DNA of 64,000 bases from Octopus sinensis (taxonomy: Eukaryota), in the NCBI RefSeq assembly GCF_006345805.1, contig NC_043001.1, forward strand, positions 135,408,001 through 135,472,000, read 5' to 3'. A model generated the notes under the pieces. That model searched no databases. It was not told where the DNA came from and worked only from the letters and a program-made list of their open reading frames with translations. Within the stretch, counting starts at the first letter, position 1; every line of letters starts with the position of its first letter. Shown here piece by piece: positions 1 through 10,282 of this stretch. The translations under genes and the position numbers were made by a program.

Positions 1-79
1 ATGTAGCAGTTCTACATCAGATATCTTTTGCACTTTGTAAAACATATATTTGTATATATATTTTACAACTTTCCTTCTG

Positions 80-300
80 TGTGTGAGTGTGTGTGTGTGT
101 ATGTATGTATGTATGTATGTATACATATATGTGTGTGTGTGTGTATACATATATGTGAGTGTGTGTGTGTATACATATATGTGAGTGTGTGTGTGTATAC
201 ATATATGTGAGTGTGTGTGTGTATACATATATGTGAGTGTGTGTGTGTATACATATATGTGAGTGTGTGTGTGTGTGTATACATATATGTGAGTGCGTGT
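80..300. repeat. Compound (TG)n/(TA)n minisatellite, units of about 22-26 bp (tacatatatgtgagtgtgtgtgtg)
   Basis: Repeated tacatatatgtgagtgtgtg motif; source of the HTHTHSHICI ORFs. Confidence 0.9.
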
Positions 301-1785
301 GCGTGTGTACACAAATATGCATACAGGTACAAAGAATCGATATAGCTTCACTGGCTAAATATACACACACTCACACATACGCACACACACACACTCACGC
401 ATATGCACACTCACATATACACACACACACACACACATACACACTTATCGTTTTTTATTTTTATATCTTCTAGCATGGAATGGACAGACACACATATGCA
501 CACACACACACACACACACACAGACTCCAATTTCATACCAATCACTATCATCTCCACTTCACCTCCTATTTCATTTTATTTCATGTAAAAGATAAGACAT
601 CACTCACAGCCAACCACGACCACCACCGACCACCACCACCGCCACAATGACAACCAAGCACCAATCCTGTGAAATAAAACATATCTGTATATATATTTTT
701 TTCACACATAATTCCCTGATAAGCTTGGTGTCTCCCAGTTTTTTACTGTCTGCCAGCCACTTCTATCTGTGTTGTTTCTGGTCTGTCTCCTTCCAGTGGG
801 AAAAATGTTGAAACTTCTCTCTTTTATCTATACTCACCAACCAACCTACCTACCTACCTACCTACCAACCAACCTGTTTTCTGCTGTATTAACATAGAAG
901 TCTGTCTGTTGAATGCAGCTTAGCTTGCAGTTATTTCTGTACTGTCACCACTACGCATCACCAATACCACCAAGCTCCCTCCAGGAAAAACCTTCATGTG
1001 GCCACTTGTTGACCGCCTACAAACTAGAAATAGCAGCTCCACATCCCTTTTATCTACATCTGTTAACGCACTATGTCGTAGATGTCTGTCTGTTAGAGTA
1101 GCTTACTTGCGCTGCCACTGCCATTGCTACCACCGGCACCACAGATCCCTTTCTAGGTCTAGTTGATCAGCTAGAAATAGCAGCTATACATTCCTTTTAT
1201 ATACACCTATTAATTTACTATACCATAGAAGTCTGTCTATTATAGTAGCTTTGCTTGCATGCCACCACCACCACCACCACCACTTTTCTGTGTCAACACA
1301 TAGCTCTCCAGGGCTAAATGATTAGCTAGAAATAACAGTCACACATCCCTTTTATTTATAACTCAGTAATCTACCATACTACACTTTACTGTATTAATGA
1401 TCTGTTATATTAGCTTAGCTTGCAAACCACGCCAAATTTTATATTTTTCCATCACACTTCCATTGTATGTGATTGCTACAGGATCATCAAGAAACAGCAG
1501 CCAAATATTCCTCAAATTACATCCTTGGATAGTGTATGTGATTCTTGCCTTACTTTAAATAAAATGTCATGGCTAGAATGCCTTTTCTTACAGGTTTGCT
1601 GAATAAAAACTGAGCTGTGGTTAACCACCACCACCACCATCACCATCACCACCACCAATAACTGTACTACTACTACATTAACAAACCATCAAGGAACCTC
1701 TATGCTGTCAGCCAGTCTGCTTGAAATAGTAACCAAACCTCCCTTAAATTATATGTACCCTACCATATTACAAGTAACATTCATT

Positions 1786-2101
1786 GGGCCGTTGCCAGCG
1801 CCGCCTGGCCGTTGCCAGCGCCGCGTTGGCTGGCTTCCGTGCCAGTGGCACGTTAAAAGCTCCAACCGATCGTGGCCGATGCTGGACCCCCCTGGCACCT
1901 GTGCAAGTGGCACGTAAAAAGCACCCACTACACTCGTGGAGTGGTTGGCGTTAGGAAGGGCATCCAGCTGTAGAAACTCTGCCAGATCAGACTAGAGCCT
2001 GGTGCAACCTTCTGGCTTCCCAGACCCCGGTCGAACCGTCCAACCCATGCTAGCGCGGAAAACGGACGTTAAACGATGATGATGATGATGATGATGATGA
2101 T
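1786..2101 (+). mobile_element. RTE-LINE 3'-end copy (family D) ending in (GAT)n
   Basis: gtggcacgtaaaaagcacc modules, ggttggcgttaggaagggcatccagc core and ggacgttaaacgatgatgat tail. Same sequence as the 3' UTR of the RT-bearing copy at 40017-40950. Confidence 0.85.
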
Positions 2102-2799
2102 TCAATAATACAATACTTGATATGCTGGGTCTGAAGGAGATGAAATGGTCATGGAGAGAAGTCTTTGGTGAGAGCTAAGTTGGGGCTAACAATACCACCA
2201 TTATTACTCAGTTTGTTGGACCAGGGCTAAGCTGATTACAGACAGAACACTTGCTTATCTTAGTTGTTCCTCAAAGCACTCCCCTTTCTCCAGCACTCTT
2301 TCTTCTTATCTGTGAGTTTTTCTTCACATCCTTATCTAATGTGAAAGAATGGAATGGATAAAATACTGGACTACCAATTCCTGTTTTCTGAGTTCAATTC
2401 TACTTCTGTTGGTTTGGCAGTTTAATCAGCAGCAGTTCACATTATCGCACACAGCATTAATTTTTCAACTAACTTTTTGATAATAATAGTCAGAACAGAT
2501 ATGAACATGTTTATAGTAACAGACTATAGTTACATGAAATCAGGATGGGCAGCGTGATTTATCCACTTTGTACCATGACACTAGAGCTAAGTATCAACCT
2601 CAAGAATGCTTTGTGGTTTAAATGACATTTAGCTCTTGTTATATGTTTCAGCTAAACAGTCATCATTATCAGCAGAAGAACCATCATTGTCATCATTATC
2701 ATTCATCATCATCATCATCATCATCATCAGTAGCAACAACATCAAATATGGTTTATTTTACAAGACTGGTGCTGGTTGGCAATCAGCCCCAGCCCATTC

Positions 2800-3256
2800 A
2801 AAAGTACCTTGGATCGTAGGGCGACCTGCTGTGCTCGAGGAAACCTATTGAGTCAAGTACATCAACATCAAAATAAAAATCAAATGGAAATTGTAGTTGT
2901 GATACCCGTAACGGTGGCACGTAAAAAGCACCATCCAAACGTGGCCATTGCACGTAAAAAGCACCATCTGAACGTAGCTGATGCCAGTGCCGCCTTGACT
3001 GGCTTTCGTGCCGGTGGCATGTAAAAAGCACCAACCGATCATGGTCGTTGCCAGACTCCTCTGGCCCTTGTGCTGGTGGCATGTAAAAAGCACCCACTAC
3101 ACTCTTGGAATGGTTGGCGTTAGGAAGGGCATCAAGCTGTAGAAACACTGCCAGATCAGATTGGAACGTGGTGCAGCCTCCTGACTTCACAGACCCTGGG
3201 CGAACTGTCCAACCCATGCTAGCATGGAAAACGGACATTAAACGATGATGATGATG
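2800..3256 (+). mobile_element. RTE-LINE 3'-end copy (family D) with 4 gcacgtaaaaagcacc modules
   Basis: Same core and (GAT)n tail as other D copies. Confidence 0.85.
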
Positions 3257-4180
3257 TGCTTTCTCTCTAAGGTGAAATAAAAAGAGGTTAACCAAGGCAT
3301 ACCCAGAGACGAAGGTGCCTGATGTGATGCCTCTTCCATATCACTTCTTTTGCTACAGTGCTACAGCTATAGCAGACAAATGTTACGGTGGTTGTTAATT
3401 TGGAGAACAATATATCAGTATAGAAAGGATGTTGCAGTGGTTAATTATGCAAAGTACATAAGATCAGAGAGGATAGAAATGTTGCAGTAGTTGGCTATAT
3501 GAAATACAATATTTCAGAGAGTATCAGAAGAATTTTTCTGTGGTTGGTTATGAGGAGTACAAGTGCCAGGTAGTGTAAAAAAAATGTTATGGTTGGTTAT
3601 GTGAAGGACAGGGTAACAAGGGATACAGAAACATTTTAGTGCTTGGATATGCAAAGCCTTCAGTAGTAGTAGATGGGATTTGAGTGAAGTTTGGTAACTG
3701 CAAAGATAATTCCAGACATGTTTCAGTTTTATTGGACCCCTTTAGCCAAGTATTGGCAATTAGCAAACATCAGAAAGACAGAGTGTATGAATGTATGTAC
3801 ACACACACACACACACACACCACACACACACACAGAGGGAAAGAGATATAGAGAAAGTATAATCTACAGAATGAAAACAAAGTATAATTCTAAATGCAAA
3901 TATTTAATTTCCATGTGATTCCAGAACCAGAGTGTTTATTATTAAAGTGATAAATTATAGTGTTGAACATGTTTGTCTAAGTTCCCACCCCTAACAAGCC
4001 AATAGACTAAGGGTGGGATTTATAATAATGTTGATGATGTGATGTTATCTCTGTCTGATTATTTAATAAAGGTGATAATTATCAGAATTTGAAGAATGAT
4101 GATAAACACCATTCTGCCTATGCTACTTGTTTTGATAGACATACTCACATGCATTTGTACATATGCATACACAAATACAT

Positions 4181-4285
<105 letters not shown>

Positions 4286-4499
4286 GTGCACTATAAAATT
4301 CATATACATGTACACATATGCATGGCAGATTTCATACAAACGCATATATGTATGTGTGTGTATATGCTTTGAGATGTTAGTATGCATGTAAATGTGGTTA
4401 AAGCACAGCAATCATTTGGAGAGAAGGAGACATTAATCTACACACACACACACACTCATGCGCACACACATACACGTATATATATGTGTACGTCATGAT

Positions 4500-4878
4500 A
4501 GATCGTTAGCCACTACACACATTTTTTTTTGCTCTCCTTTTTTTTTCTGTCCCTTTCTGTAGAAGAGCGAAGGCTCGAAACGTAAAAGACTTTTTCCCTT
4601 CCTGAGTGTTATACTAATGCATCTGTTTGTTTTGTACACCACCTGTCTTCGTCTTTTGTTTTTTTTTGTAAACTCTCCCTATATATGTACCGTTGGCGAT
4701 TTTTTTTCCTCTGTCTTCCCTTCTCGGGATCTTTCCTTCTCCTATGTTTCCGATGAAGAGCTCCACTCGAAACGTTAAACCCTCCTTCTTCCCTTCTTTC
4801 CTGAGCGTCCAATAATACTTTATTTGTTCCACGTCCTCGCGTTGTGGTGTTTTTTTGTGTTTTCTTGTTTGGATTAAC

Positions 4879-4880
<2 letters not shown>
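4500..4880 (+). mobile_element. Two tandem ~190-bp pyrimidine-rich elements, each carrying a minimal hammerhead-like motif (Penelope-type terminal repeat or retrozyme-like)
   Basis: Motifs ctgtaga-a-gagc-gaag-gctc-gaaa-cg-ta (4557-4584) and ccgatga-a-gag-ctcca-ctc-gaaa-cg-tt (4750-4776). Both are followed by cctgag(t/c)g and flanked by TA repeats. Relatives lie at 7100-7282 and, inverted and truncated, at 16865-16955. Confidence 0.65.
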
Positions 4881-4909
<29 letters not shown>

Positions 4910-4923
4910 CACACACACACACA

Positions 4924-4972
<49 letters not shown>

Positions 4973-4977
4973 GTATG

Positions 4978-5210
4978 AAGGCGGTGAGATGGCAGAAATG
5001 TTAGCATGCTGGGTGAAATGTTTAGTGGTATTTTGTCTGCTGTTACATTCTGAGTTCAAATTACCCCAAGGTCAACTTTGCCTTTTGTCCTTTCGGGGTC
5101 AATTGAATAAGTACCAGTTATGCACTGGGGTCGATGTAATCGATTTAATCCCTTTGTCTGTCCTTGTTTGTCCCCTTTGTGTTTAGCCCCCTGTGGGCAA
5201 TAAAGAAATA
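4978..5210 (+). mobile_element. tRNA-headed SINE (family C, ~230 bp)
   Basis: Head ggcggtgagatggcagaa, B-box-like gagttcaaatt, end gcaataaagaaata. Other copies near 6140-6292(-), 13513-13743(+), 21090-21300(+), 22966-23275(-), 29855-30000(-), 31270-31480(-), 32530-32750(-), 37083-37306(+), 43042-43240(+). Confidence 0.85.
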
Positions 5211-5224
5211 TATATATATGTATA

Positions 5225-5632
5225 TACTCTTTTACTTCTTTCAGTCATTTGACTGCGGCCATGCTGGAGCACCGCCTTTAGTCGAGCAAATCGACCCTGG
5301 GACTTATTCTTTGCAAGCCTAGTACTTATTCTATCGGTCTCTTTTGCTGAACTGTTAAGTGACGGGGACGTTAACACACCAGCATCGGTTGTCAAGCAAT
5401 GCTAGGGGGACAAACACAGACACACAAACACACACGCACATACATATATATATATATATACATATATACGACAGGCTTCTTTCAGTTTCTGTCTACCAAA
5501 TCCACTCACAAGGCATTGGTCGGCCCGGGGCTATAGCAGAAGACACTTGCCCAAGATGCCACGCAGTGGGACTGAACCCGGAACCATGTGGTTGGTTAGC
5601 AAGCTACTTACCACACAGCCACTCCTGCGCCT
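5225..5632 (-). mobile_element. Full-length tRNA-headed SINE (family AB, 400-500 bp) with internal microsatellite
   Basis: On the minus strand: aggcgcaggagtggctgtgtggtaag (A box), ggttcagtccc (B box), internal (TA/TG)n, 3' end gcagtcaaatgactgaaa..gtaaaagagta. More than a dozen copies in the window. Confidence 0.9.
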
Positions 5633-5794
5633 ATATATAATTTTTGATGCTATTTTGAAGGCTATAAGACAATGCGCAAACACTCAGCTCTGAATACACA
5701 ACTTCTTGTAGCAGAAACAGCTGTAAGCTAATGAAATTCATTAAGTAATTCCTGTTGCCTTGTCATTTCATTAATTCATATATCCATACATACA

Positions 5795-6027
5795 TATCTA
5801 TCTGTCTGTCTGTCTATCTATCAATCTGTTTGTCTGTCTGTCTATCTATCAATCTGTCTGTCTGTCTATCTATCCATCTGGTTGTCTGTCTGTCTATCTA
5901 TCTATCTGTCTGTCTATCTATCTATCTATCTGTTTGTCTGTCTGTCTATCTATCTATCTGGTTGTCTGTCTGTCTATCTATCTATCTATCTGTCTGTCTA
6001 TCTATCTATCTGTTTGTCTGTCTGTCA
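5795..6027. repeat. Compound (TCTA)n/(TCTG)n microsatellite
   Basis: Alternating tcta/tctg tetramers. Confidence 0.95.
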
Positions 6028-7099
6028 ATGTATGCATACATGCATCCATACATACATACACATAAAGGGCACTGTCCTTTTTACCAGCAAATAAAAAAAT
6101 GTATACAAGTGCTTCATGTGAGGTAAAATATATAAGGTTTGGGGAGGGTGCCATTTGATTTAGATCGACCTCCAGTATGCAACTGGTACTTGATCTATTG
6201 ACCCCGATGGAATTTGAACTCAGAACGTAGCAGCAGATGAAATACCGCTAAGCATTTCGCCCGGTGAGCTAAGAATTCTGCCAGCTCGCCGTCTTTAGCA
6301 TATTAATAATAATAATCTTAAGATACCAAGTCTGTTATTTGCGGTTAACTATCTGTCTGATCTATAGATGTATTTAGCTGAAATTAGTATTTCTGCTTTT
6401 GATTGTTTACCTCTTAAAACTGAATTTATCCTAGACTATCAGCATGAATGGAATTAATTTTTTCAAAAGAGTTTCAATTCTATAACTGTTATTCAATTTA
6501 AAGTATTTTTATCTCTGAATATTATTTTCAGTTTCTTAGTGCTAATTCTAAAATATTCCATCAAGAATATATTAATGTGTTTCCCCACAACTCTGCTAGA
6601 AGTAATTGAATTTAGTCTGGCTCAGTTTAACATGACTTCTTCATGAGTAATTTTCCAGTAATTTATTTTTTAAAAATACACTAATTTTAAAAAAAATCTT
6701 CTTGTTATTACTTATACATATGCATATATATGTATATATGTGGGCATGTGTGTTTATTATGAACGATATTATACACCTACCCAGTTATTATTTCATTGCT
6801 ATTTCAGCAAGCACAGTGAAACATGTTTCACTGAAGAGGTCTAATAATACTGAAACATGTCAAGAGTTGTCTCCTATACTTGCCAGAATAATTAAGATAG
6901 CATTGTTTATTGAGCTAGTGCTGTCTTTTCCTCACCCTATTTTTTATAATTAGATATTACTCATTACATCAAATGTGCTAACAATGAATTATCTATTGTT
7001 TTGTTGCTGCAAATAACAGACATGGTATCTTAAGACACACAAACACACACACACATACATCAGCATGTGTACTTCATAAACACCAGTCACGTTTTTTTT

Positions 7100-7282
7100 T
7101 TTCCCTCTTTCGCCCACCTCGGGATCTTTCTTTCTCCTTTCTTCCTTCTCTTATGTTTCCGACGAAGAGCTCCGCTCGAAACGTCATACCCTCCTTCTTC
7201 CATTTTCCTGAGCGCCTAATAATAATAATACTGTAATTGTTCCACGTGTTGTTGTTTTTTCTGTTTTCCCGTTTGGATTAAC
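7100..7282 (+). mobile_element. Pyrimidine-rich element with a minimal hammerhead-like motif (same family as 4690-4880)
   Basis: ccgacga-a-gagc-tcc-gctc-gaaa-cg-tc at 7159-7185. Shares ctcgggatcttt, cctgagcg and tttggattaac with the 4690-4880 copy. Confidence 0.65.
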
Positions 7283-8009
7283 CTTATATATATATACATA
7301 TATACGACAGGCTTCTTTCAGTTTCCGTCTACCAAATTCACTCACAAGGCATTGGTTGGCCCGGGGCTATAGCAGAAGACACTTGCCTAAGATGCCACGC
7401 AGTGGGACTGAACCCGGAACCATGTGGTTGGTTAGCAAGCTACTTACCACACAGCCACTCCTGCGCCTATATATAATTTTTGACTCCATTTTGAAGGCTA
7501 TAAGACAATGCGCAAACACTCAGCTCTGAATACACAATTTCTTATAGCAGAAACAGCTGTAAGCTAATGAAATTCATTAAGTAATTAATCTCAGTAATTT
7601 CTTTTTAAAATTATTGCAGTCCACCTCATTCCTTAACTTTTCTTCACCTTTATCTTCCAATTTTCTCTTTTAAAAATTCGTTTCTCCCTTCCGCTGTCTC
7701 ACCGTGTTGTTGTTAGTGGTCCCCTATAACATATTTGCAGCCCTTAATAATACTGACTGGGCAATTCTGTTGGACATTTTAATCTCCATTCAACACATTT
7801 ATCTATGACAATCTTCCTGCTAGTATGTCCGCAGTCCTATAATGTAGGAGGCACTGAGGTGAGTGGGTGTTGCTGTTTAGATGCTGGTGATTTGGCATGA
7901 CTGACAGGAAATTGAACCCATTTTGGCAATAGTTTGCTTTTGCTGACTGAGCTTTTTGGCACTGGTGACAAATATGCGTATACATACAGTCTCACATAGG
8001 CAAAGTGGT

Positions 8010-8540
8010 TGAGCTCCTTTTGAATGTTGGGCGCCACAGAGGCAATGACTGAGACCTTTGGCATTATGCCCCGCTTGAGAAGAAGACCCATGAAGCCAAG
8101 TAAAATCACAGTTTTTGCAGATACTGGTGTCACTCAAATGGCACCTGTGCTGGTGGCACATAAAAGCAACTTTCAAGCATTGGGCCTCACAGAGGCAAGG
8201 ACCAAGACCATTTGGCAAAATTGCCAGGCTTCGAGCATTGGGCCTTACAGAGGCAATGGCTGAGTCGATTTGGCATTATGTCGTGCTTGAGAAGAAGACC
8301 CATCAAACCAAGTAAAACTGCAGTCATGGCAGCACCGGTGTCACACAAATGGCGTCTGTGCCAGTGACACATAAAAGCACCCATTACACTCTTGGAGTGG
8401 CTGGTGTTAGGAAGGGCATCCAGCAGTAGAAACCATGCCAAAACAGACTGGAATCTCATGCAGCCTTCCAGCTTGCCAGCCCTGGTCAAACTGTCCAAAC
8501 CATGCCAGCATGGACAACAGATGTTAAATGATGATGATGA
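8010..8540 (+). mobile_element. Older RTE 3'-end copy (family D)
   Basis: gcttgagaagaagaccc stop-region twice, module gtgccagtgacacataaaagcacc, D core and (GAT)n tail. Confidence 0.7.
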
Positions 8541-9158
8541 TATATAGACATATACATATGCAGATTATATATATACCTTTTACCTTTTACTTGCCTCAGT
8601 CATTAGACTGCGGCCATGCTGGGGCACCGCCTTCAAGAATTTTAGTTAAGAATTTTGATGGTACTTATCCTATCAATCTCTTTTGCTGAACTGCTAAGTT
8701 ATGGGGATGTAAACACACCAACACTGGTTGTCAAGTGCTGGTCAGGGAACAAACACAGACATGATGACACATGTAAATATAATATATACATATATGACAG
8801 GCATCTTTCAGTTTCCGTCTACCAAATCCACTCACATGGCTTTGATTAGCCTGAGACTAGAGTAGAAGGTGCCACACAGTGGGACTGAACCTGCAAGCTT
8901 CTTACCTCAAGAGAGATAGATAGATAGAGAGAGATTGCAATTTATTAATTGAATCCAGTTGATAGAAACACTTTCCCTTCTCTTCACATACAGAGAAATA
9001 TGTTCGCACACAAACACAGAGAGAGGGAGAGGGTGGGATGAGAAGGAGAGAAACATTAAAATGTTTTAAATGACCCTAAATGCTACAAACACATCCCCTC
9101 TTCAAATATGTATGAAGAAAACACACACAATCACACAAATAGAGTGACAGGGAGCGGG

Positions 9159-9161
<3 letters not shown>

Positions 9162-9218
<57 letters not shown>
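9162..9218. repeat. (GA)n microsatellite
   Basis: Pure GA run. Confidence 0.95.
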
Positions 9219-9219
<1 letters not shown>

Positions 9220-10058
9220 AACATATTTCTAGTGGTTGAGGATCATTTAATACATCCCAAGTTTCTCTCTAATTTTTCTACTCATACCATTTTAATTTAA
9301 ATTTACTGTCAGTTCTGTTTTGTCAACAATGTACAGAAATCCATCAGGAGAAACTTTTTCTTATCCATCTTTCATCAATATTTCACCAACCATCATAAAC
9401 AAAAGCGTCACATAAAAAGCAATGGTGCTGGTGCCATGTAAAAAGTGTCCAGCATGCTCTGTAAATCATCATCATCATCATCATCATCGTTTAACGTCCG
9501 TTTTCCATGCTAGCATGGGTTGGACGGTTCTACCGGGGCCTGGGAAGCCAGGAGGCTGCGCCAGGCTCCAGTCTGATCTGGCAGTGTTTCTACAGCTGGA
9601 TGCCCTTCCTAACGCCAACCACTTTGTGAGTGTAGTGGGTGCTTTTTATGTGCTTTTTATTTTGATGTTGGTGTTAGTATTAGTGTTAGAAAGGACATCC
9701 AGCTGCAGAAACCAAGCCAAAATGGATAATCAAAACTGGTGTGGTCCCTGGATTTGCCAGTTCCTGTCAAGATGGCTAACCTATGCCAGCATGGAAAATG
9801 GTCGTTAAATGTTGATTAGTTTAGTAGTTATGTGCACAAGTTAGTTGTCAACCAGAATAGGAAAATCCTTCATGGTGCCAAAAAGCCAGCGTCAAATCAG
9901 TGGTGCCAAACAGGCAAAGCCAAAACAGCTGTACTAAAACATCTTAAAGACCAATTTAGAACATACATTGAATCTCTACTTCTAAATGAGGGAGACTTGG
10001 TTACTGAATGAGCAAGTCCAAACTACACCTAGAGAAAGGTCACCTGACTGATTGGTCA

Positions 10059-10282
10059 TTAACCTTTTAGAATTCAGATTACTCTGTCAAATGTAATGCT
10101 TATTTATTGACATTGGTTTGAATTAATCATGTATTATCTTGTAACTTTGAGATTTCAATGATATGATTGCTTATTTTCAGAATGACATTGTAGGGTAGGT
10201 GTGAGAAGCCAGATTTGATCAATCTGAACGTGAAACAAAGTTTTGGGGTCAGTTAGGGCCTCTTTAAATGCTAATGGGTTAA
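10059..10282. mobile_element. piggyBac-like MITE (TTAA-flanked)
   Basis: Starts TTAA-ccttttagaatt and ends aaatgctaatggg-TTAA. Homologous copy at 14010-14219. Confidence 0.7.

Noticed and set aside
17-588. ORFs of HT/IY/CV/YLSI/SL repeats here and throughout (e.g. 4089-4411, 17826-18337, 28547-28996, 61094-61575)
   Set aside because: Translations of dinucleotide and tetranucleotide microsatellites; no coding signal.
1020-1340. Recurrent ctagaaatagcagc motif (also near 10570, 24465, 57525)
   Set aside because: Looks like short remnants of an old dispersed repeat; too degraded to define boundaries or function.
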